From: an uncultured delta proteobacterium
Lineage (GTDB): Bacteria; Bdellovibrionota; FAC87; UBA2466
Assembly: GCA_963778115.1 (NCBI GenBank)
Contig: CAVZSV010000004.1
Location: 1,312,001 to 1,376,000 of the forward strand
Reading direction: 5' to 3'
Length of the DNA: 64,000 bases
Each line of letters starts with the position of its first letter. Position 1 is the stretch's first letter. This document shows, piece by piece, positions 20,008-30,327 of the stretch. A program made the translations under genes and the position numbers. The notes below the pieces were generated by a model. It saw only the letters and a program-made list of their open reading frames with translations. It did not search any database and was not told the origin of the DNA.

Positions 20008-20137
20008 GAGGTGGGTACTTACGCTTCGTCGAGCCGCATCCCTCTGATATTCCTACAGTTTCAGAATTTTCTCCCCTCTCCGCATTGCCTTTTCTCTTCA
20101 TTCGTGTAAATTGCCGCATCTAGTCAGAGGATCCCAT

Positions 20138-21697
20138 ATGCCGATTTCGGAACCCAGAACAGAGACGAACGCCTTGCTGCGAGTTATCCATTTAGACGAC
20201 GAGCCCTTTGAGCTAGAGCGCTTTGCCAAAGTCTTGGGAAGTCCCGGACTCAATACCGATTTCGTAACCGAATCGATTGATACGCTAGAGAAATACCGTG
20301 CGCGTCTTGCGCGCCATCCTCAACCCGACATCGTAATTTTGGATATTCATGTGGGAGGTTCCGCCAAAGGTGGCGTCGATGCCGTTCAACAGACGAGAAG
20401 TATTCTTCCCGATGTCGTTATTCTAATGTGCTCCGCGATGGACGATGTCTCCACCATTGCCGAGTGTCTGAACATGGGTGCGGACGATTTTTTGTCGAAG
20501 CGCTCCGATCACAGAGAGCTAAGTCTGAGAGTCCAAAATTCTTACAAGCTAGCGAAATTAAAGCGAGGCATCGGAAAATCAAATTTTGAAGCCTCTGAAA
20601 TAGGCCGTCGATTGCCCAAGTTTGCCGGGGCGACCCTTGAAAGAGTCTCTAGACGTGTTCCTCAAATTATCGGCTCCGCTATCTCGGCCGTCCACGTGCA
20701 TGGAGAATCAGGAACCGGTAAAGAAATGGTAGCCGATCTATTTTCCCATTTTCTGGGAACCTCCGTCCCCTTCGTCAAAGTAAATTGCGGAGCCATCGCT
20801 CCTACCCTGCTCGAGAGCGAACTTTTTGGTCATGTCCGAGGCGCTTTCACGGGAGCTTTAGCCGACAAAAAAGGGCTAATAGAAGCTGCAAACGGAGGTT
20901 GGATCTTCTTGGATGAAGTCGCAAGCCTAAGTGGTTCCGCCCAAGTTGCTCTTCTTCGAGTATTGGAAAATCAAGAGTTGCTCAGAGTGGGAGCCACAGC
21001 GCCCAAGGCTATTCATGTCCACGTGCTATCGGCGACCAACGAGCCGCTTCCCCAACTAGTGAAGCAAGGGAAATTCCGTAAGGATTTATGGCAACGGCTC
21101 TCTGAAGCGGAAATCGAGCTCCCTCCCCTACGAGAGAGGCTCCAAGAGATAGAAGCGATGGTCCGACATTTTTGTTCCCTAATGCCGGGCGGACCCTATG
21201 AAATCAGCGAACCTGCCATGGAAGTCCTTTCCAGTCTGCCTTGGAAGTCGGGAAATATTCGAGAACTTCGTAACTGCCTTCGCGCTATGACCGAGCTCCA
21301 TGTGAATAAGCTTTTAACCCCACTCGCCATCCCAGAGCGAATCTGGAAACAGATGGAAGAGAGTAATGAGGGAGATTCCTTCGAAGGGGAAGAGATCGCT
21401 TTGAAAACAGTCGTTCCCAAATCACAAAAGTCCCAGTCCCAGATAACTAGAGCCGAGGATATTGTTATCCCTCTGCCAGATCTAGACATGATCTCTTTCG
21501 ATATTCTCTCCGATAAGCTGCTCTTGGAACTCACCAGAAAGTTAACGGACCGAAAAGGAAAACTTTCACTCCGTCAGTTGGCGAAGGAGATAGGAATTTC
21601 AAGAAGTACCCTTTCGGGACGCCTTAAGGCCTTAGTACATAAGGACTTGATCCCGCTAAACGACCTCGTTAATCTGGTCGGCCTAAGTCAGAAATAA
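20138..21697 (+). CDS. Sigma-54-dependent response regulator (REC-AAA+-HTH)
   Basis: Receiver motifs LDDE and ILDIH; GESGTGKE, GAFTGA and FLDEV; C-terminal HTH LRQLAKEIGISRSTL. Confidence 0.92.
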   Translation: MPISEPRTETNALLRVIHLDDEPFELERFAKVLGSPGLNTDFVTESIDTLEKYRARLARHPQPDIVILDIHVGGSAKGGVDAVQQTRSILPDVVILMCSAMDDVSTIAECLNMGADDFLSKRSDHRELSLRVQNSYKLAKLKRGIGKSNFEASEIGRRLPKFAGATLERVSRRVPQIIGSAISAVHVHGESGTGKEMVADLFSHFLGTSVPFVKVNCGAIAPTLLESELFGHVRGAFTGALADKKGLIEAANGGWIFLDEVASLSGSAQVALLRVLENQELLRVGATAPKAIHVHVLSATNEPLPQLVKQGKFRKDLWQRLSEAEIELPPLRERLQEIEAMVRHFCSLMPGGPYEISEPAMEVLSSLPWKSGNIRELRNCLRAMTELHVNKLLTPLAIPERIWKQMEESNEGDSFEGEEIALKTVVPKSQKSQSQITRAEDIVIPLPDLDMISFDILSDKLLLELTRKLTDRKGKLSLRQLAKEIGISRSTLSGRLKALVHKDLIPLNDLVNLVGLSQK

Positions 21698-21964
21698 GAC
21701 TTGCAGCCATTCCGCCTCTTTTTCAAGATTCGCCAGAGCTCGGGACACGGAAGCAAGTTTTGCTTCTCGCATTTCGTCGTCAAACTTATAGCCGTCTTGC
21801 AAAGCTTCCAAAGCGAAGCGCAACGACCTCAGAGCTCCAGTGACGTCATGACTTCGTTTGGCCAAAGCGCTCTTTGCTTGTGCATCCTGCTTGATAGTTA
21901 TTTTCAGCTCCCCAAGGGCAAGCTGTTCCATGCAAATCTGATCGTCTTTCTTACGAACGCTCAT
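21683..21964 (-). CDS. Small protein with a HisKA-like H-box helix
   Basis: GGGAG RBS before ATG 21964. Motif LAKRSHDVTGALRSLRFALEAL. Confidence 0.55.
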   Translation of the reverse strand: MSVRKKDDQICMEQLALGELKITIKQDAQAKSALAKRSHDVTGALRSLRFALEALQDGYKFDDEMREAKLASVSRALANLEKEAEWLQVLFLT

Positions 21965-23291
21965 GATGTTCTCCCACGACAGGCTCTTCACGGGCCATGT
22001 CCGTAATTAACCGGGCTCCTCGTTGAAACGTAATATACGCCCATGCCCATTGGATCATCACCATGATCCGATTTCGAAATCCAATGAGGTAATAAATATG
22101 CACGGCAATCCAAGCAAGCCAGGCCGTGTTCCCACTCAGTTTAATCTTCCCCAAGTCGGCAATAGCAAAGCGTCGCCCGACCGTCGCAAGATTTCCTTTA
22201 TTGCGATACTGAAAAGGATCGAAGGATTTCTCTCCTTCCACTTGGCGAATGATATAATCGGCGACGTAGCGTCCTTGTTGCATGGCAACGGGAGCGACCC
22301 CGGGCAGCGGTTTTCCGGTAGGGCCGCTGACACACGCCGCATCCCCGATGACAAAAATCTCAGGGTGGTTGGGAACCGATAAGAACGGAGTTACGATCAC
22401 TCTTCCCGCGCGATCGGTCTCGGCCCCCAGCCATTTGCCGGCCGGAGACGCTACCACTCCCGCAGCCCACATAATGGTAGGAGAGAAAATCCATTTTCCA
22501 TTTACTTGAACCCCATCGCGCCTGACCTCTTCCACTCGAGAGCCGGTTCTTACGTCGACACCCAGTCGTTCTAACTCCCGACGAGCTTTGTCAGCTAAAT
22601 CTGGAGGAAACGTTGCCAAAATATTGCTTCCGGCTTCGAGCAAAATCACTTGGGTCTGACGGGGATCGATATGATGAAAATCCGCGGCCAGAGCCCGGTG
22701 CGCTAATTCCGCGATGGCTCCGGCCATCTCCACTCCGGTGGGTCCCCCTCCGACAATCACAAAAGTAAGTAGAACCTCCTGATTCGCCGGATCGCTCTGT
22801 CTTTCGGCGGCTTCGAAGGCGAGTAATACTTTCTGACGAATTGCGATGGCATCAGGGATCGTTTTGATGCCTGGAGCATAATTCTCCCAGGCTTCATGCC
22901 CGAAGTAGCCGTGCCGAGCCCCAGTAGCTAAAATCAAATAGTCATAAGACAGTCGGCTGTCTACGGCTGCGACTTCACGCCGATCTACGTCAATGCCAGT
23001 GACCTCCGCCATTAATACGTCCGTATTTTTCTGATCGCGCAAGACACTGCGAATGGGGGTTGCAATATCGGCCGGCGAAAGGCCCGCAGTGGCCACTTGG
23101 TAAAGCAGCGGCTGAAAAAGATGGTGGTTGCTGCGATCGATGACGGTGACTTGGAGAGGAGCTTTGGCAAAAGCTTTGGCGGCTTTTAGCCCACCAAATC
23201 CGCCTCCCACGATGATAACTTTAGGTAAAGAACTTCTACTTTCCGGCGTTTCCACACGCCCAAGTATACTCAATCTCACCAAGGTGTACAT
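21951..23291 (-). CDS. ndh: Type II NADH dehydrogenase
   Basis: Motifs IVGGGFGG, FQPLLYQVAT, VGGGPTGVEMAG, IGD and APVAMQQG. Confidence 0.9.
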   Translation of the reverse strand: MYTLVRLSILGRVETPESRSSLPKVIIVGGGFGGLKAAKAFAKAPLQVTVIDRSNHHLFQPLLYQVATAGLSPADIATPIRSVLRDQKNTDVLMAEVTGIDVDRREVAAVDSRLSYDYLILATGARHGYFGHEAWENYAPGIKTIPDAIAIRQKVLLAFEAAERQSDPANQEVLLTFVIVGGGPTGVEMAGAIAELAHRALAADFHHIDPRQTQVILLEAGSNILATFPPDLADKARRELERLGVDVRTGSRVEEVRRDGVQVNGKWIFSPTIMWAAGVVASPAGKWLGAETDRAGRVIVTPFLSVPNHPEIFVIGDAACVSGPTGKPLPGVAPVAMQQGRYVADYIIRQVEGEKSFDPFQYRNKGNLATVGRRFAIADLGKIKLSGNTAWLAWIAVHIYYLIGFRNRIMVMIQWAWAYITFQRGARLITDMAREEPVVGEHHERS

Positions 23292-23361
23292 CTTGGCCTG
23301 ATTCTGCTATCTCATTCGACATGATTTTTCGAATTTTCGTACCCCCAACGCCTAAGCTTTC

Positions 23362-25292
23362 ATGAACGCCCAAATAGTCCTAGAAAAAATTGGGGTCCGA
23401 TTCCCCGGCAGAACCCTGTTCGAAGACGTCAATTGGACGCTTTACGAAGGCATGCGAGTAGCGCTAGCCGGCAGAAATGGCTCGGGGAAATCGACCCTGT
23501 TGCGGATCCTTTCGGGTCGCGCCGAATCCACGGAAGGGCGATGTAGCATGGTAGGCTCGCGAAAGCCCAAGATAGGCTATTTGGACCAGACCCTTCTCGA
23601 CTCTGCCGTGGTGGAAACCCTCAACAAGAAAGAAAACAGTCTCTCCCCGGTGGCCTACATTAAGGAGCGATTACATTCTCAAATTGATGAGGATGACACC
23701 CATCTTATTGTCTCTGATGAAGAGCAGGAATGGGAGACGCGCAAGATCTTAAGCGGTCTAGGGTTCGACAAAGGGCTGATGGACAACCCGATGAACCGCT
23801 TAAGCGGAGGTTGGCTGCTCCGCATGTTCATCGCCACAGCCCTTTTGGAAAAGCCTGAAGTCTTGTTGTTAGACGAACCCACCAACCATTTGGATATCTC
23901 TTCCATCCAGTGGCTGGAAGAGTTTTTGACTAATGAGTATCAGGGAAGCTTAGTCCTCATCACCCATGACGTCGCCCTTCAAAAGAGGACGACGGAATCA
24001 CTCGCCATTCTCCACGGCGGCCGATTCTATTTTCGCACTCACCAGCGCGATTACCTCACCTTTCGAGAATCTCTGGGAGACGATCGCAGGATCCTCGAAA
24101 AGACGATCGAAGGGACCGAACGCAAGATTCAAGAGAATCTCGATTTTGCCGCAAAATTTCGGGCCAAAGCCAATACCGCCGCACGCGCACAGAGCAAACT
24201 CAAGACCGCGGAAAAATTTCAAGAGGAGCTTGTCGAACTCAAAGACAAACTCGCCCGGATTGAAGGCTTTAACTACAATCTTAATTTTAGATTCCGGCTC
24301 AATGAACCCGGCTCTCGGTTTCCCATATCGCTTAAGGACCTAAGCTTTCGCTATGCCGAGAATGCTCCTTGGATCATTAAGAACGTCTCAATGGACGTAA
24401 AGCGCGGACAGCGCATCGCCATCATCGGAGACAACGGAGCCGGTAAGACAACCCTTCTGAACCTTATCGGGGAGAGGCTGAAGCCTACCGAAGGACAAGT
24501 CTTCAAAGGCAGCGGAGTCCAGGACGGTTATTTTGGACAACATCAGCTGGACGAACTCTCGCTTGACGATACTCTTGTGGATAATTTGGCCTTTCGCGCC
24601 AAAGGAGTCAGTCTCGAACAACTTCGCGGCTGGCTAGGTGCCTTCGGCTTTCCCGGAGCCGAAGCCAGTATGAAGAAAGCCAAGGTCTTAAGCGGCGGCG
24701 AAAGAGCGCGTTTGGCACTGCTACGAATTTTAGTCACCCCGATCAACGTCTGCTTGCTCGATGAACCTACCAACCATTTGGATGTCGAAACTAAAGAGCT
24801 TTTGAAAGATGCCATGCGAGCGTTCGAAGGAACGACTATTTTCGTTTCTCACGATAGAGATTTTGTGGAAGGGGTAGCCGACAGGATTATCTATCTCTCC
24901 AGCGATCATCACTTGACCGACCACTTGGGAGACCTCAACAGCTTTTTTGCAAAATATCCGCAATACGTTCGCCACAACGAAGCTAAGCGAAAGCCATCCA
25001 CTCCCGCTCTCACAGTCGCCCCTCAGCCAAAGAGCGCTTCGAGCCAACTCTCCTACGAAGATCGCAAGAAAACGAAAAATCTAATGCGTTCTCTCGAGCG
25101 AAAAGTGGAAGCCGCGGAAAAGGAGATGGAACAACTCGGCCGTGAGAAGGACGCGGTGCATCAAGCTAGTTCTTCAGACTCCTCCAGAAGCTTGCCGGAC
25201 TCGAGCAGAGCCTGCACAATCGCATGGTCGAATGGGAAAAATGGAGTACGGAGCTCCAGGAGCTACGCACGAAGTACCCAGATGTTAAGTAA
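23362..25292 (+). CDS. ABC-F family ATPase with an apparent frameshift near 25170-25185
   Basis: Two ABC domains (GRNGSGKST/LSGGW/LDEPTNHLD and GDNGAGKTT/LSGGE). The typical C-terminal coil (LEQSLHNRMVEWEKW) is in another frame ending at TAA 25290-25292. Confidence 0.85.
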
Positions 25293-25372
25293 AAAAGTGA
25301 CTTTTTGATCCAGTCTTACCCCCAGCTGAATCTAAAGCCAAAAAGAGCCGATTAGTTTATGAGGTAAGGACC

Positions 25373-26381
25373 ATGAAAGTTTTGCTTATTGGGGGAACCT
25401 CTTTTTTTGGAAAAGACATCGCCCGTTTTCTCGACGTGGCAGGCCACCAGGTAACTCTTTTTACCCGTGGAAATGTCAGACCTGAAGATCTGAGCCGGTT
25501 CGCCCACATCAAAGGTGACAGAAAAGTAACGGCAGATCTTGAGCGAGCAGCCCGTTCCGATCAATGGGACATCGTCATCGACAATATCGCTTACGACGCC
25601 GAGACGGTGACTAACGCTCTTAAGATCTTTCCCAAGATAAAACAGTACATTTTGACCAGTACCATTTCCGTCTATCGTTTTGCCCCCGATCACGCCAGTC
25701 AGCCCTTAATGGAAGACTCTGTCGATTTCGACTTTCGCCCTGCGGATGAAAAGGCGGATGACATTCACTGGAAATACGCCCGTGGAAAGATGGAAGCCGA
25801 GCGTGCTCTCATCCGCCAGGACAAAGTCGCTTGGTCGATCTTGCGGCCTCCCATCGTCTACGGTCCTCACGATATTACCAACCGTGGCTTTTGGTATCTA
25901 AGCCGATTACTCCACGGAGGTCCCATCATTCTTCCCGACGGCGGAACTAGTTCCACGCGACTGGCCTACAGCCTTGATGTCGCCCAGGCCTATCTACCTC
26001 TCATCGAACGCCCGATCGCTCAGGGAAGAATTTATAACGTCGGCCAGTCAGAAATTATTACCCTGAGAGATTTCATCGACGACAGTGCTCTTATTTTGGG
26101 AAGAAGCCCGCAATACGTGACCGTCCCTTTCCATGCCGCTGGCGATTTGGGCGGCCCCTACGCGATGGATAGAAATTGGATTCCCGATATCGAACTTGCC
26201 CGCAATGACTCTAGGTTTCATTCCCACAGCTTGGCCAAAGTTCGCCAAGGTAAGCGCTACTTGGTTTAGAGACTGCTGGAAAGGTGACGAGAAAAAGCTT
26301 TGCGAAACCCGCGAACAGGAGCTTGCCCTGGCTCGTGAGTGGCTAAGCATTGCAGGTCGAGCGAAAGCCTCAGCTCAGTAA
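25373..26381 (+). CDS. NAD-dependent epimerase/dehydratase with an apparent +1 frameshift at about 26210
   Basis: Motifs IGGTSFFG, YARGK and RPPIVYGP. The expected ARNDLGFxPT C-terminus continues in the frame of ORF 26133-26381. Confidence 0.8.
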
Positions 26382-26478
26382 TTCCTAGATAAGGCTCCTT
26401 CAATAACCCTTTTATTTTCTAAGACTTGCTCTACGCCAATTGTGGAGCCTGACCCGCTGTGCTACAACGGGTTATCGC

Positions 26479-27297
26479 ATGAAATTTCGAACCGGCATTC
26501 TTTTGTCTTCGCTTGTAGTTGGGATGCTATCCACGAACGCTCACGCCGAAAATAGAATAAGCCGCCTTATCACGAGCTGCGGAAGAACGATTTGGCAAAC
26601 TTCGACAAGATGGCTCGGTTCCTGGGGAAAACCCAGTGTTACCCTCAGCGGAGAAGCGGTGGCGTCTTGGCTAAACGAAAATTATAACGGTTTAAGTCCC
26701 ATGCCCCTCGGTTTGTTAAAATGGAAATCCCCGACAGGAGAGGATTTTAGTATCACCGTTGGAAAAATCGCTTCGTTAAGCGAGGACTTTCAGAAAATTA
26801 TCAAAATGCTCAAGGAAGATTCTCTGAGCAATCCCGAAATGCCTTTCCGGGAAGTAGCCGCCTTCTACGTTCCTTATAGAAACCTTCCCTACCAAACCAT
26901 GATCTTCACTTCAGATCGTTTTGATAGAGTCCACCATGAAACCCATAGAGCGGCAGCCGACCAGCTGGGACTACTCGATACCGGAAGCCCACAAACTCAG
27001 GGCTTTAAATATGTCGTGCACTTTCATACCCATCCGGGGCCTGAATATCGCAAAGGAACCTCTAAAGAACGAGCCAACATAGCGCTCCTGCCAAACTTGA
27101 AGGACATGAAAAATTACAAGAGCTGGTCGGATGTCTTTACTGCTAGTGCCGGCCGCACGGTTCCCGTAACCGGCATCGTATTACCCATGGGAAGAATGTG
27201 CGACGACACCTATTTTATGGTCACCGTCTATCCCGATCCTAGTGAAGTAAGAAAAATTAAAGAGAACTTTGAATTACATTCCGCAGAGACTCACTAG
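26479..27297 (+). CDS. Secreted protein with a JAB/MPN-like HxH motif
   Basis: Signal peptide ending AHA, then REVAAF...VVHFHTHPG...PNLKD. Confidence 0.6.
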   Translation: MKFRTGILLSSLVVGMLSTNAHAENRISRLITSCGRTIWQTSTRWLGSWGKPSVTLSGEAVASWLNENYNGLSPMPLGLLKWKSPTGEDFSITVGKIASLSEDFQKIIKMLKEDSLSNPEMPFREVAAFYVPYRNLPYQTMIFTSDRFDRVHHETHRAAADQLGLLDTGSPQTQGFKYVVHFHTHPGPEYRKGTSKERANIALLPNLKDMKNYKSWSDVFTASAGRTVPVTGIVLPMGRMCDDTYFMVTVYPDPSEVRKIKENFELHSAETH

Positions 27298-27299
27298 GC

Positions 27300-28388
27300 T
27301 TAGTGAGCGGCGGCGGAAATATCGACGGGCGGTGTTTGACGTGGAGGCATCGCTTTGGGTCGTCTGGTTTCCGAAGTTCTTAGCTGTCCGCATGCCGCCG
27401 CGATGTCTCTTCCTCGGCTTTGCCGGTAAGTAGCGGTTAGCCCCTTATTGAGAAGAATATTCTGGAACGCAAAAATGCGTTCGTCTTTCGGACGTTTAAA
27501 ACCCACAAACGGGTTTTCGTTGTAGGCCAGTAAATTTATCTTGCAGGGAAAATCCGACACTAGACTGGCCAAGCGGTGGGCATCCTCATTGGTGTCATTG
27601 AAATCGCGAATGAGCAAATATTCGAAAGTGACTCGACGCCGCGACTTAAACTTAAGATTCCGGCAGCAGTCCATGAGCCCTTCGATCGGATACTTTCGAT
27701 TAACGGGCATTATAGTCGCCCGCTGCTCGTCGGTCGTCCCGTGAAGCGAAATGGCCAAATTTCCCAAATTGGTATCTACAAATTTTTGGATTCTGTTCGT
27801 AAGCCCCACCGTGGAAAGCGTAATGTGACGCTTTCCTATCTTTGGCCCCATTGGATCTTGAAAGATGGCCATGGCTTTCATCACTTCATCAAAATTATCG
27901 AGGGGCTCTCCCATTCCCATGAGCACAATATTGTTTACGGGGGCCGGCGTCGGAAGACTAATCAACTGATCGACCATCTCCCAACTCTTTAAGTTACGAG
28001 TAAATCCCATGTAGGACGTCGCGCAAAAGGTGCAGCCCATTTTGCATCCGACTTGGGTGGAGATACATAGCGTATTGCGATCCTCTTGGGGAATAAAAAC
28101 CGCCTCCACCTTTTCGTTGTCTTCAAGCGCAACGAGATACTTTATGGTTCCGTCATTGGACTGCTGATGGGTCGCAACGGTTACTTGGGGCAACACATAT
28201 TTCTGGTCTAATTCAGACCGAAAATCTTTGCTGAGATCGGTCATCTGGGAGAAATCATTGACACGCCGCTGGTAAATCCAGCGAAACAGCTGTCGGCCGC
28301 GAAACGGAGAATGGCCCTGCTCTACAATCTTCTGCTCGAGCTCTTGAATGGGATAGCCTTTTAAATTCTCTTTCACCGATGGACTCAT
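27300..28388 (-). CDS. rlmN: Dual-specificity 23S rRNA m2A2503/tRNA methyltransferase
   Basis: Motifs CISTQVGCKMGCTFC, MGMGEP and DIAAACGQL. Confidence 0.97.
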   Translation of the reverse strand: MSPSVKENLKGYPIQELEQKIVEQGHSPFRGRQLFRWIYQRRVNDFSQMTDLSKDFRSELDQKYVLPQVTVATHQQSNDGTIKYLVALEDNEKVEAVFIPQEDRNTLCISTQVGCKMGCTFCATSYMGFTRNLKSWEMVDQLISLPTPAPVNNIVLMGMGEPLDNFDEVMKAMAIFQDPMGPKIGKRHITLSTVGLTNRIQKFVDTNLGNLAISLHGTTDEQRATIMPVNRKYPIEGLMDCCRNLKFKSRRRVTFEYLLIRDFNDTNEDAHRLASLVSDFPCKINLLAYNENPFVGFKRPKDERIFAFQNILLNKGLTATYRQSRGRDIAAACGQLRTSETRRPKAMPPRQTPPVDISAAAH

Positions 28389-28433
28389 ACCATAAGAAAA
28401 ACGTTTCCCCGACCCCTTTTTAAATCCGCGGCC

Positions 28434-29069
28434 TCAGACGCTCGTCAAAATTTCTGAGAACCGGGTAAGGTCTCGGCCGGGCGATTTCACTCCGCCAAAA
28501 CCATAACCGGCTCCGAAGAAGCGTACGCGAGCAGCATCGGCGCAAGCCATATCCACGGGATCATCTCCCACAAAACAGGCGTGCTGGGGTTCTATGCCAA
28601 TCAAACGCAACGTTTCCAAGAGATGTTGGGGGGCGGGCTTTTTCTGACTCACTCGCTCAGGCCCCATGATCGCATCGAACCTAATTTCAGGAAGGTAATA
28701 CGCTAACGTTTTATCGGCCACCCGTGAGGGCTTATTGGTCACTATGGCGAGCTTGGCCCCTTCGCGGGCTCGCAACTCGGCCAATCCCTCCTTGACGCCA
28801 GGGTAGAGGTGCCCCAAGCGGTGGGGGTGCTCAAAATAATAGTCTTGATACGCAATGGTTAGCCTTTCGACCTCGCTCTCGGGCTTTTCCGGGATGCAGT
28901 GGCGAATAAGGTGATCGGCCCCTTGCCCGATATAGCGTCGCGTCACCTGCTCGGAGATGGCCGGCAAGCCTTCACTCTCACGCACTACGTTCACCGCCCC
29001 CGCAATGTCGGGAAGGCTATAGACCAAAGTACCGTCCAAATCAAATAAGTAACCGAATTCAATAGACAT
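28434..29069 (-). CDS. gph: HAD-family phosphatase (phosphoglycolate phosphatase-like)
   Basis: Motifs FDLDGTLV, VTNK, KKPAP and VGDD. Confidence 0.8.
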   Translation of the reverse strand: MSIEFGYLFDLDGTLVYSLPDIAGAVNVVRESEGLPAISEQVTRRYIGQGADHLIRHCIPEKPESEVERLTIAYQDYYFEHPHRLGHLYPGVKEGLAELRAREGAKLAIVTNKPSRVADKTLAYYLPEIRFDAIMGPERVSQKKPAPQHLLETLRLIGIEPQHACFVGDDPVDMACADAARVRFFGAGYGFGGVKSPGRDLTRFSEILTSV

Positions 29070-29146
29070 TTACCCTCATCTTTACCCAGATGTTCCACTC
29101 CCCCTTAGGACGCAAAGCTTCCCCTTTATACAAAAAGTACTATATT

Positions 29147-29173
29147 TGTCACAGGTCGAAGTTTGTGCGCGTC
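29147..29173 (+). promoter_or_regulatory. Candidate ECF sigma promoter TGTCACA-N16-CGTC
   Basis: Exact motif about 45 bp upstream of an ECF sigma gene. Confidence 0.55.
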
Positions 29174-29216
29174 TGTCACTATGAGAGTGAATCGGGAGAG
29201 AGGGAGATAATAAAAG

Positions 29217-29813
29217 TTGGATAACTTGTCCAAATGGATACAGCGGCTACGAAAGGGCGATCAGTCCGCCTTTCTCCCGCTTTATGAAAAGACGGCGCCA
29301 GGCCTGATGCGTTTTCTGCTTTGGAAGACCAACGGCGATAGGCCCCTCTCCGAGGATATTTTGCAGGAGTCTTACGTAAGATTTTTAGTGAATTTGGACC
29401 GAATCGAATCGGACCAAGAGTTGGCGGTGCAAGCGTACCTGCTTCGTATCGTAAAGCATTGTCTAATCGACAAAGCGGCGCGGACTCCCCAAGCCACCCG
29501 TCCCCATGTGTCGGTAGATGACATGTTGGAACTTGCCGATCCCGCCCAAACCTCTCGCCAGGAAATAGCGGTTGAGATGCGAGAGTTAGCCATCGCAATG
29601 GATTCGTTGAATGAAAAGGACTCTGAAATTATTTGGCTCCGAGATGGTCTCGGCCTTTCTCACCGGGAAGTAGCGACTCAAGTGGGAATTACCGAACAAG
29701 CTTCGCGCCAAGCCTATGTACGCGCCAAAAGGACCTTAATGACCGAACTTGCCGATCGATTTTTGCCCAATGTGGAAGACGGAGGAAGCTATGCAGCTCC
29801 TGAGTTGTCCTAA
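29217..29813 (+). CDS. ECF RNA polymerase sigma factor
   Basis: Region 2 (SEDILQESYVR, YLLRIVKH) and region 4 (GLSHREVATQVG). Confidence 0.9.
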   Translation: MDNLSKWIQRLRKGDQSAFLPLYEKTAPGLMRFLLWKTNGDRPLSEDILQESYVRFLVNLDRIESDQELAVQAYLLRIVKHCLIDKAARTPQATRPHVSVDDMLELADPAQTSRQEIAVEMRELAIAMDSLNEKDSEIIWLRDGLGLSHREVATQVGITEQASRQAYVRAKRTLMTELADRFLPNVEDGGSYAAPELS

Positions 29814-30327
29814 GAACGAGGCCTTACTTGAGATGGTCTCCATTCCCAGGGAGCTCTCGGTGGCGCGGCGCCTTCGTAACAAGATCCATCTTTCCACTTG
29901 TGGAAAATGTCGCGAACAAACGCAAATTTTGGAACGTAAATGGGAGGCCTTTTTCTCTCCCGAACCCGAAGTGACCTCTTCCTTGCTTCGCGTCTACTCA
30001 CGACTCCAAAAAGATGAGACTCTTATCTTGAAGGGCTGGAAACTCAATAAGTCCCAACCCCGCCGAAATAATCCGATGGTATGGCTGGCCCAGGGCTGGC
30101 TGTTTAGAGGCGGTGTAGTTGCGGCACTTTTGGGTGTGATTACTCTGGTGCTTTGGGGCCGTTACGGAAATCTAGCAAACCTAGATCGCGGGAAAGAATT
30201 AAACAATGCCAGTGCGGCTATTCCTTTTGCTCAGATCCGAATGGAAGACAAGAACCGGATTAAAGTGCATTACATCCAGCCCGAACTTCTCCAAAGTATT
30301 GAATTCGAAACCACGAACGAAAAATGA
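29791..30327 (+). CDS. Putative ZAS-type membrane anti-sigma factor
   Basis: HLSTCGKC (HxxxCxxC) motif and a single TM helix. Overlaps the sigma gene; GGAGG RBS. Confidence 0.7.
   Translation: MQLLSCPKNEALLEMVSIPRELSVARRLRNKIHLSTCGKCREQTQILERKWEAFFSPEPEVTSSLLRVYSRLQKDETLILKGWKLNKSQPRRNNPMVWLAQGWLFRGGVVAALLGVITLVLWGRYGNLANLDRGKELNNASAAIPFAQIRMEDKNRIKVHYIQPELLQSIEFETTNEK

Noticed and set aside
29108..29119. GGACGCAAAGC resembling part of a c-di-GMP-I riboswitch
   Set aside because: The upstream GGCAAAC/GAAA P2 elements are missing.
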